Below are positions 25,798 through 36,165 of a stretch of 64,000 bases of DNA, piece by piece (the stretch's first letter is position 1; every line of letters starts with the position of its first letter). A program made the position numbers and the translations under genes. A model generated the notes under the pieces. It saw only the letters and a list, made by a program, of their open reading frames with translations. It ran no database searches and was not told the DNA's origin. This DNA is from Epiperipatus broadwayi (taxonomy: Eukaryota; Animalia; Onychophora): positions 11,098,001 to 11,162,000 of the forward strand of contig JAQFVV010000002.1 of the NCBI GenBank assembly GCA_028023455.1, in the 5' to 3' direction.

Positions 25798-26260
25798 TTA
25801 ATAAAACAAGACATAAATTGTGCAACTTGCCTTTAAGCTTGTACTAAAATGTTCTCTAGATGGAGCTTACCACTAGCTCCAAACCATCTTTAATTACTAG
25901 TGCCAACAGAGAAAGAATTCAAAATCTCTATCAGAAAATCCTCATCTCCAGACCAATTGGTTTCAAGCTTAATGGCTCACCTCAGTGAAGAGTTAGGATT
26001 TCAGAAACTAGATCCAAAACTCCAACTCAGAGCGCTTATTTAATATGTTACTATCAGTTTGAAAACTTGAATTTTTCAGACACGTAAATGTCTTCAAATC
26101 CAGCCTCACAAACCAGATAGTTATATGTGTTTGAATTCAGTTCAGTTTCACCATATATTAATAGCTAAAGTAATATTACATTGCAAAAGCCTTCAGGGGT
26201 ACACTTATAATACTTAATAAAACGACACAAATTGTGCAACTTGCCTTTAAGCTTGTGCTA
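25798..26260 (-). mobile_element. Hammerhead-bearing non-coding element (family F3), ~415-bp unit with ~48-bp terminal direct repeats
   Basis: TAATAAAAC(AA)GACA(T/C)AAATTGTGCAACTTGCCTTTAAGCTTGT(A/G)CTAA at ~25799-25847 and ~26215-26261; minus-strand interior aligns by eye with F1. Confidence 0.7.
25937..26000 (-). ncRNA. Type I hammerhead ribozyme, one core substitution (A9->U)
   Basis: AATCCT-AAC-TCTTCA CTGAGGT GAGC-CATTAA-GCTT GAAA CCAATTGG TC TGGAGA-TG-AGGATT; bipartite stem I, stem II and palindromic stem III (ACCAATTGGT) all pair. Confidence 0.72.
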
Positions 26261-26859
26261 ATAAAATTATTCTTTAATGTATAGCATATTCTGATAGATC
26301 ACATTATTACACTGATACCAAAAACTTCCTATCTGATAATTTTCAGAAGATAAAATAAAAGCAACTACTATATTCTTTAAAGAATCCATTTTATATTTAA
26401 AATTTTTTGCTATATAGAATTTATATGAGAAAGTATATTTTTACTAACAATTCAATATTTATATTGACCCTTTCAAAATGTTATTTGAAACATTTTGAGT
26501 AAGTAAAGATAGAAAAGACTGTTTCTTATTATACAGGAGTTATAACTATCAAAAATATGTATAAGAGAATTTTGAAGAAATGTGGGAGAGATCTTGTATA
26601 ATATTACATGAATAGAAAAAAAAACAATTCTATTTTTAGTTTATATATTTGTACACAAAACGATAATTAATTTTAACTTTAAATAAATATATATATATTT
26701 CATTTTGGATTTAAAATGTTTATTACTCCTCCTCTCTCTATAATTTTATTTATTTATAGATAATAATAATAACTAAACAGGAAAATGATAAAATAAATAA
26801 AAAGATTTTTTAAAAATTAATTTTTCATTGAGTTTACTGATTTTTCTCCTCCTCCCCCA

Positions 26860-27405
26860 TCTGACGTTACGTTTTAGAATTCCAAAAACAATAAATTTTT
26901 TTAAAAAAATATTATTTCTTTCATTTACGCTATTTTCACTCAAATACCGAGTACCCGATTTTTTCAGTTAAAATTTCTGAGGGTTTTTAACGTAATATTA
27001 TCTATAATAATAGAAAAAAATTGGAATAATAATATATTGCTTTATTAATTATTTTAATCAAAGAAATGTAAAAATTCCTCATTACTTTTATTCATATCCC
27101 CACTTTCGTCACTTCTGATTCATCACTATTTGCTTCATAAGTTGCCTTAATTTCTGTACCATCAGTTAGAAAGTCCAATGTTCTTTAAAGATTTTAAAAT
27201 GATTTTTTTCTTGATACTGTGCCACAATTTATTCTTACAGTTACATGCCTAACTAATGCTGACCTTTTTTTCCCCTATTGGTATGACATTACGACTTTTT
27301 GATATCATTTAACTATTCCAAATTTTCTCTTTACTACAAGTATATCACATCCGTTATATTTTTTTCATTTTAATATTTAAAAAAGGTGTGGTATACACGC
27401 GAAAA
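26860..27405. promoter_or_regulatory. CpG-retaining patch, candidate unmethylated regulatory region
   Basis: About 11 CpG counted by eye in ~550 bp, whereas most of the window is strongly CpG-poor; includes CGCGAAAA at 27398-27405. Confidence 0.3.
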
Positions 27406-28515
27406 TATGTATTTTATTATTAGCTGTTTTGATATTTTTGATTTAAATATAAACAAGAATATATGGTTAATATATGTATTATTAGTTTAAAAAATTATAA
27501 AAAAATAAATGGTCATTCAGAAGATCATATTCAAGCAACAAGAGTGACAGTTTGAGTTTTGATCCAGGAAGTATTAGCTCTCCATTCTGCTACTGTATCA
27601 CTATAATAACCACAGAGCACAATAAAATAATTGTCTTAATAAAAAAATGAAATCAACATAATAGTCAACCACAGGAGATGATGAAACATTTAAGCACTTG
27701 ATAGAATAGATTCTGCTTCACTCCTAGAATCTTTAGCTTTTGAATTCTTTACTCTATCACTGTTCTTAAACAAACATCATATGGCAACATACTTAAGCTT
27801 ATTTAAAACTTCAATATATGTTTGACATTAGAAATCTCAAAAGGCAATTAATCATAAATACTTAATTTTATCAAGTATTAAATATCTTAAATAATTAATT
27901 ATAAAGTAAATGCAGTGCTTTCATACATTCTAGTTTTGTACAATTCTCTATTTTGTACTTTCAATTTTTATCAATACATATGACAAAATGCACATACATT
28001 AATGTAATGATTTTCCTTTTCTCTTGGACTATTAGTCACTATTACCTCTCCACCTCTCTGACATTAATCACATCCATTGAGCAGGGATGTTTTGAGTTAA
28101 TGCTTGTGTTTTTCATTTGGCACATGTGTTGTAAGTTGGGTCTTGTTAGATTATGTCAGAACATATGTTACTGCTTTATGTACATTTCTGTTTTGGTGAA
28201 AAAATTTGCCCTTATTAATTCATAAACATGAGTGAAAAATGAAAAAACAACAATGTTGATATGAACAAAAAGAAATCAAAGTTTCATAATCTCCATATGA
28301 TCAAAATGAAGATGTGGAATCTTTTGCTTCAATTGGTCATTCGTATAATTTAAACTGATCAATATGTTCAATCATGAAAATCAAGAACAAAATTAAGGAC
28401 TAAAAAACAGGCAAAACTCTTCATACAATAGTGCCACTCAGTGCAAGCTAGAGTAATCAATGGATGCAAGAAGGTTTATGCATAAAGTCTCTATTTAGTG
28501 CCTATTCATCCAATA

Positions 28516-28557
28516 TCCCCAGACTAGTTTCTAGCTTGTGACTTTCATTAGTGAGGA
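28516..28557 (-). ncRNA. Hammerhead F2-A (core G5->A)
   Basis: TCCTCA CTAATGA AAGTCACAAGCTA GAAA CTAG TC TGGGGA; intact stem I. Confidence 0.65.
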
Positions 28558-28966
28558 GCCCTGGATCTGGGAGCATTGCACCTAGATCTTAGGATTTAAT
28601 GCAACCCTTTAGCAGCCATCTTTTATCTCTACTTAACTACAAAACTATGAGTCTAAAATTGGAAAACAGTAATATTTTCAATCCAAGCTCATTAGCTTAT
28701 ATAGCCATATAGGTCTGAACTCAGTTCAGTATCCATACATTTTGGTATCGTTGGTTTTTTAATAACCATAGCCACCACTATCCTATAAGGCAGGATGGGT
28801 ATTAAACCACTAAACATCACATGATCATCATTTCTTATATATTTTTAAGCTGTTAAAACAGGAAAAACCCTCCATACAGAAGTGCCACTCAGTGCAAGCC
28901 AGAGTAATCAATGGATGCAAGAAGGATTGTGCATAAGATCCATATCTAGTGCCTACTTATCCAATA

Positions 28967-29008
28967 TTTCTAGACTAGTTTCTAGCTTGTGACTTTCATC
29001 AGTGAGGA
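28967..29008 (-). ncRNA. Hammerhead F2-B (core intact, stem I damaged)
   Basis: TCCTCA CTGATGA AAGTCACAAGCTA GAAA CTAG TC TAGAAA. Confidence 0.65.
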
Positions 29009-29212
29009 GCCTTGGATCTTAAGACACCAACATGTGTGGGTATTGAACTGAGTTCAGGCCTATATTACTATATAAGCTAATGATCTTGGATTGATAATAT
29101 TATGTTTTCAATTTTAGACTCATGGTTTTGTAGTTAAGTAGAGATAAAAGGTGGCTGCTGGAGAGTTGCATTAGATCCTAAGATCCAGGTGGAATGTTGT
29201 CAGATCTAAGGC

Positions 29213-29254
29213 TTCTCACTGATGAAAGCCACAAGCTAGAAACTAGTCTGGTGA
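29213..29254 (+). ncRNA. Hammerhead F2-C (core intact, stem I partly mismatched)
   Basis: TTCTCA CTGATGA(29219-29225) A-AGC-CACAA-GCT-A GAAA(29239-29242) CTAG TC TGGTGA; palindromic stem III ACTAGT. Confidence 0.7.
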
Positions 29255-31513
29255 TATTGGATGAGTAGGCACTAGATAGAGATTTTATGCACACACCTTC
29301 TTGCATCCATGATTATTCTGGCTTGCAATGAATGGCACTACTGCATGGAGAGTTTTGCCTGTTCTAACAGCTTGAGCAAGCATAAGAAATGATGATCATG
29401 TGATGTGTTTAGTGGTTTAAAATTAAGGAATATTTCCAAATTCATACAGTATCAAGTTAATCTTCATTATGCTTTTAAACTTTTTTAATATTATTTGTCT
29501 AGCTCATATATGTATATGACTGGGTCTTGCATGTCTATATACAGTATTTAGCCTCATTTTTTTCTCAACTAAAATATAAAAAAAATTAGATAAAAAATAT
29601 TTTCAAAGAATGAAAATTTATTATATATTAAGAATTCTTTTAAAAAAATTTTAAAAATAGAAACATAATATTTAGCCAAAATATATACATACATGTATTT
29701 TGTTGTTGTTGTTTTTTTAATATTTCTTTACTTTTGTACATTTCAACTTTCATAGACATTTTCAAAAACAATTAGGTATGAAAGTAGAGAACCGCCTGGA
29801 TTATATTTAACAGCTAATGTTCATTTAACTGCTTTATTGCATGTAATCTGATTTAAAACAGTGATTATTTTTAGTTACTCAATGTAGATTAAATTAATAA
29901 CAACCAAAACTGTTTTTCTTATCACATTAAATTTTTTGCATTCTATAGAAATGTTTTATTAATTCACATATTTGTTAGTATAAAAATATTTGAAGGTCTA
30001 TTCCAAATCTCTGCTTTGAATATGATTCAGATTGCAATATGCCAATAAGATAATTATAAACCTAATCTTTACATTTTTATAAGATAATAAAAAAATATTT
30101 ATATAGTCAATTGTTCAGGAGTCAAATGATGTTCAAGTACTAAACTGATAGATTGAGTGCAACAGTTCTATTTATATGACAAATTGGAGATTTTTTTTAA
30201 TTTTTTCGATTGTTAATCAACTCTGGATCGCTTTTTTAAAAAATCTACCTCTTTACTTTTGGGTTTCATTGTTAAGACTTTTTTGGGGATAATAATTTCT
30301 CATACTTTTAGATTTAGGTTTCTAATGTTAGGACAGCTATAAAAGATACATTGCTTTAGACATCATTTTTCATATCTGTATATAAATTTTATATCTTGTG
30401 TGTTGACTGGTTTTTCTGTCTATATTAGGAGATATTCATTAATGTGAAAATATGAGTGATATTTCATTCTTGTTTTTTGGTTTTGACTAAAAATTAATTG
30501 GGTACTAATTTACTAATCACTATTAGATGATTAACTATGTTACATATGGATTATTATTCCAAAAAATAATGAAGGTCAATTGAATTAAAAAGTGTTATAT
30601 TTTACTTATCTCAATCTGTTTGTTCATATTTTATGTTAAAAGTTACATTTATTACTTATTATCAACTCTCAACAAAATATTGATTAATTGTAATTGTCGT
30701 TGTTAAGTTTTAAACAAAATGAATATACAATGATGAAATTGACAGTGTATCTGATATATAAAATAAACAAATTCTTATATTTATAATAAAGTTCAAACTT
30801 TCTGTATTAAATTAAGCATGTATCATTTTTTCTAGCTGTAGGCATCTCTATGATTAGCCAGTTTTTTAAATGTCATTAACTGCATATTATTAAATAAAGA
30901 TATACATGTGTGTGTGTGTGTGTGTGTTTATAACTGTTCAATACAGGACAATATTGTTTGTTTTTTTTTTTTTTTGTAATAGGCAATATTGTTGTTACTC
31001 TAGAAATAATGAAATGCAAAGTAAAAGTTAATTCACATAAAAAAATAATGAAATATTTATGCAAATTAGCATAATTATTAAAAATCCCTGCAAAACTTTA
31101 ATGAGAAGAGAAAAATGAGATCAGTCAAAACCTAGTTGGAATGAGTTATAGATAGTTGTGTGAGCAGTAAGGTATCTACTAAATGCAATTTTGATGAAAG
31201 GAAATGCTGATGAAAACTCGAGTGTAAAATAATGCAGAAAGTTAATAGATTGAAATAAAGCTATTTTAATAAAGTATAGAATAGAGTCAACCCCTATAAA
31301 AAGATATTCTACATAAAATTAAGACTGATTTATTATGAAGTAAAACCAGAAAGTTGCTAGTTGAATATGCTAATCTATTACTAATTTGTATAGTAATAAA
31401 CTCATTGTTGTTAAAATTTATTTGTATTTATTTTTAAAAGTGTAATTAATGAGTGTATGGCCTTGTACATTTCAATTAGCACAATTAACATTTCAAAACC
31501 TGCAAATAGCATT

Positions 31514-31530
31514 TGGTGCAGTGACCAGAA
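31514..31530 (+). other. Primer-binding site resembling the complement of the tRNA-His 3' end
   Basis: TGGTGCAGTGACCAGAA vs TGGTGCCGTGACTCGGA (4 mismatches), 2 nt after the LTR-terminal CA. Confidence 0.55.
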
Positions 31531-32349
31531 GCTGTATATTAGCTATTAATATATATATACCTAGAGATTCGGGGCAGTCCAATAATGCTTTTTGATGTAA
31601 ACAATCTAGTGCAGAGGCAAATATATGTAAATCATGTTGAAAAATACATAATAATCAATAGCATTAGTATTGATAAGCTGAAAGTAGCCACTATATTATG
31701 GATGTCAGGGCAGAGATATTCTACAATTAGCAAATCATTTGTGTGATCCAAAACTGCATGAAGAAATCCTATATGAAGAGTTTCTGAAAAAAATGTGTAT
31801 TTCAAACCTATAATGTCAAAATACACAACACATCTTTGTTTTTGTAGCAAAATGCAGTCACCAAATGAAAACATACCAAAGTATGATTTGGATATTGACA
31901 AGTTTAGCAAAAAAATGTGAATTTGGAAATCATCTAGAAGATATACTATTGGACTAATTGTTATGGGGCATAAGAAATGTGAAACTTAGAGAAATGCTGC
32001 TGTGTGAGTCTACACTAAATTTTAATGCCACCATTGAACAAGGTATCACATATGAAGCCAAATACATAGGTAAATACAGCAAAGATGCCAGTGACACAGA
32101 AGAATTTGAAACAGAAGCCCAGCATCTGTTATGGCTGTGGAAAGAAGGGCCATGTTTAAAAAATGTTCAAATTTAAAACATACAAGTGTTTTAACTGTGG
32201 TTTGATAGTCATTGCCAAAGGTTTGCATTTATCTGTGGTTTGACAATCATTATCAAAGGTTTGCAATAACAACTGACATATGACAAAAAAAAAAACAGAT
32301 TTATTGACAAATAGTAAATCAATGAGTAGCAAAAAATTCCATGAATGTT

Positions 32350-32489
32350 AAATTAATAAAGGAAAAAGGATACACTAAATCTATTAGAAGTTAAAAATTG
32401 TAATCTAACCATAAAACTGAAATTAATAAAGGAAAAAGGATACACCAAATCTATTAGAAGTTAAAAATTGTAATCTAACCATAAAACTG
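32350..32489 (+). repeat. 70-bp tandem duplication inside the Gypsy element
   Basis: 32350-32419 and 32420-32489 differ at one position. Confidence 0.9.
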
Positions 32490-35027
32490 AAAATTTATAG
32501 CTGGGCAAGCATATTACCCATGTCATTTAAAGATTGACAACCATTAATAAAAGAGTGAATAATAAGATTCAAATTGAAAACTAATTTAGTGGTAACAAAT
32601 GTAGATCAAAATAGGATTAATATCAAAGGAATAATATTAGTGTCTGTAAAACTAGATAATCATAATAAAAAATATATTATTTTGACACTGGGATGTAACT
32701 GATTTAAGCCTTTGGCAATTAGGATAAATATAATAAAAACTATAATATTAGAAGCAGAAATAAGAAGTAAATTCCCTTAGCTCTTTAAGTTTAGCTTAGC
32801 AGAATTAATGATAAAATCAGTGGACATACAGCTAATGAAAAATGCTTAACAAGTCATTTGCAGATTTAGGAATGTAGAGTAAAGGAACTAGGGTTTATTA
32901 AACAGAGGTATTATTACACCAATGGAGAATTCTGCTTGGGCAATACTTATAGTCACTATTTTGGGCAACACCTATAGTTACTATCCTAAAAACTAGAGAT
33001 GAAAATGGGGAGTTCAACAGGATGATGTTATTAAAAAAGTGAAAGAATAATTAGCATCAGATAAATTACTAAAACCAAGTAATAATTACCACAAATGCCT
33101 CAGATTTTGATATTTATGTCATGATTTTATATAATATATATGGAGGTTGACATCCCACAGAGCACTTGCCATGGATGAGATAAACTAAACTAATTGGACA
33201 AGGACCAATATGTTTATGGATGGTCCAGATCATGCTGATCAATATATGATGAAATAAATAAATATCCGGGATTCATGATTATGAAATATTATACAAGCTA
33301 AGAAAGCTGATAAAGCATGTGATTTCCAGAAAGTCACATACTGATATTAACTACATAGATGTTATGAAAATCTAAAATAATTAACAACTAGATTGTAGCT
33401 GAATGAACAAGAAATGATGAAGGCTACCAACTTGTGAAAAATGGATTAAACATGGATTCCCCAAGAAATGATCAAGCTACATAGTGTCACTAATTTGGAA
33501 TGCACAGGACAGTTTGTTTGTGGGTCATGAGTGCATTTTAATTTCATACTAAGTACTGATTTTAACTGAGGGGAGGAAATACATACTATAGCTGTAACAT
33601 AAGAGACACACTGAGATTGTATATATGAAAAAACTACCTGGATCACATGTGTTGGTGGCCAGATATGAATAGTGATGTAGAACAAACTGTAAAGAAATGT
33701 TAAGCCTGTCAAGAAACAGTGAGGTTACCAGTTAAATAATACGAGCCTTGGTCAGATGCTACAAAAACATGAGAAAGAACTCATCTAGATGATGACAGTT
33801 GCTTTTCATGGATATATATTTCTAGTAGCCATTGATTAATATTTTAAATGGCAGAATTCCAATTGATAACAAACACCAGTGCAGATAAAGTATTAACAAG
33901 TTTTAATGAGCTGAAACAATAGTAACTGACAATGGCACAGGATTTAGCTTGGTGCAACTAAAGAATCATTTTACTCCAGAAGATATAGAACATGTACTAA
34001 AACCTCCTTACCCCTCCAAATCAAAAAGAATAGCAGAAAAAGTCATTACATCTAAAATGCATGCTAAATAGAATGGAGTATGCTGATATTCATGCACTGC
34101 TAACAACTATGATATTTGACCAGAACATTATGCCATGTTCAGTTACAAAGAAAACTTAGCAAAACTACTAATGAAATGTCACCCAAGGACCCATAAGTCA
34201 GTACTAATTCCAAACAAGGTTAAAAGAAAGGATGGAAATTATGAAAATGTCAAGTTTAACATAGGACAGAAAAAAATGTATATCTGGAGTAATAATTAAA
34301 ATGTTATCTACCCAAACACATGAAATTAAATTGGAATACAATAGAGTAGTAAGAGATGTTAATCATATAAAGATATGCTTTATTGAGCCCACAGAGATGC
34401 TCGTGTTGAAAATTCTAGATGGTTGCTTCTATCAATAATGAGATAAGACAAGGTTGAAAAAAATTTTCCAAGATGAGGTTGAAGGAAAAATTCCTCTTCT
34501 AGATTTACAGAAATCGTCTACTTCTTCAAATGGTGAATTATCTATTTGAAGAAAGGTCTGTAGTACTACCAAGAAGAGATAAACTATTCTGAAAAGTTGC
34601 AAGACTATATTTGTGATTAATATCTATATCTTTCTAGATTCAGTGGGAGGTATTGTTATGTGTTGACTGGTTGTGCATTAAATAAAGATATGTGTGTATT
34701 CACAACTAGTTAGTATGGGACAATATTGGTATCACTCTAGAAATAATGAGATGCAGAATAGAAGTTAATTATGAAATGTACAATTTAATCTGAATATCCT
34801 AATTTGCATAAGGACAATAATAGAATGTTTATGCAAATTAGCAGAGTTATTAAAATGTCTGCAGAACTTTAATGAAAAGAGAAAAAAAGAGATTAGTCAA
34901 AAGCTAGTTAGATTAAGTCCGAGATAGTTGTGTGAGCAGTAAGGTGCTTACTAAACCTGATGCTGGTAAACAGTAAATCCTGATGAAAACTTTAGTGAAA
35001 AATTATGCAGAAAATTAATATATTGAA

Positions 35028-35404
35028 TGGCTAAGCCTACTAATATATGGAGTATCTGAATTAAGTTCAGGCCCATATGATTTTTTCAGTTGGAGAGCTG
35101 ACTTTAAAGACATGTAGATGTCTAAAAGTTTCAGATCTTCTAACAATTAACTTTTAGATAAATGCTTTGCTTAAGTTGGTTTTTTAAATCTAATGTCCCA
35201 ACTCCTCACTGAAGAGACCCATAGGTCGAAACCGGTCTGGGGATGGGAACAATCCAAGATAAAAATGATTTGAATGTCTTCTCTTGTAGTAGCATTTATC
35301 ATAAAAAAAAAGCTTGTTTAGAGCTATTAGCATGCTCTTAATTTTACATATTTGTAAGTACAAGCTATATATAAGTCATGTGACATCTGACTTGTTATTA
35401 TTAC
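35028..35404 (+). mobile_element. Family F1 copy 2 inserted in the Gypsy 3' LTR
   Basis: Matches 3373-3743; flanked by TA(A/T)TATATTGAA at 35016-35027 and 35405-35416; absent from the 5' LTR. Confidence 0.88.
35196..35248 (+). ncRNA. Minimal type I hammerhead ribozyme, intact core
   Basis: TCCCAACTCCTCA CTGAAGA GACC-CATA-GGTC GAAA CCGG TC TGGGGATGGGA. Confidence 0.88.
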
Positions 35405-35599
35405 TATTATATTGAAATGAAGAACTTTTAATAAAGTATAGTAATAGAGACAATCTCTGTAAAGGAGGGTTTCATATGAAATTTAGACTGATTCATTATG
35501 GAGTTCAACCAACAAGTCACTAGTTGAACATACTAGCCTATTACTAATTCATATATATATATATATATTAAATCACCTCCAACTTTTAGAAATTCAGCT

Positions 35600-36165
35600 A
35601 CAATCTCTGAGAATATATATTTTAAAATAGCCAGTTCAAAAAAGTATCTCTTTAAAACTATGCTATTAAATCGTAAATTTTGGGGGAAAAAACTAATTCA
35701 AACAAAGACCATGAAATTTAAATAAGCAATAATCTTAAATTATTCTTAAACAAACATGTTTACTATGCTTATACAAAGATAGACTGAACATTAGTCATTT
35801 TGTTCTTTGAAACACTTAATATATGGAATTTTGAAACACTTAATAGAGATATATATGAAAATAATTCCAGAACATAATGCTATACTGAAATAAAAATCCA
35901 AATATCAAATCTCCAAAGTTAAGAATTTCATCTACACCCTCTTTGAATAAATATATACGTCAATATTTCAAAATAGTTTATGTTTCAATATATAAGATCT
36001 AATAGCTTAGTTTCAAAGAGATATTTTTTTGGACTGACTGTTTTGAAATACAGACTCATATATTTATACACAAAGGGTGTAGTTGAATTGCTTAATATTA
36101 GGTGATTTGATATTTAGATATTTATTTCAATATAGCATTATGTACTGGAATTATTTTTATATATT
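35600..36165. repeat. Old inverted-repeat composite
   Basis: ~35850-35977 is an imperfect reverse complement of ~36037-36164; ~35608-35660 is an imperfect reverse complement of ~36010-36058. Confidence 0.6.

Larger units (their letters stand above)
28400..29418. mobile_element. Hammerhead-bearing non-coding element (family F2): 451-bp tandem plus inverted copy, three hammerheads
   Basis: GTGCCACTC at 28431 and 28882 (period 451); ~29023-29418 is an inverted copy; 11-bp direct repeat AAAATTAAGGA at 28389-28399 and 29419-29429. Confidence 0.85.
30871..35549 (+). mobile_element. Decayed Gypsy/Ty3 LTR retrotransposon with both LTRs
   Basis: 5' LTR ~30871-31511 and 3' LTR 34654-~35549 align as diverged direct repeats; PBS TGGTGCAGTGACCAGAA (31514-31530); PPT AGTGGGAGG (34642-34650) before TGT; gag 'GIRNVKLREMLL' (31958-), knuckles CYGCGKKGH and CFNCG, protease FDTG (32681), RT start 'ENSAWA', integrase 'WWPDMNSDVEQTVKKC*ACQ' (~33650-33712) and 'TDNGTGF'; domain order PR-RT-INT. 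Confidence 0.88.

Noticed and set aside
31207-31215. CTGATGA in both Gypsy LTRs (also 34979) and isolated CTGATGA/CTGAAGA elsewhere
   Set aside because: No downstream stem II-GAAA-UH arrangement.
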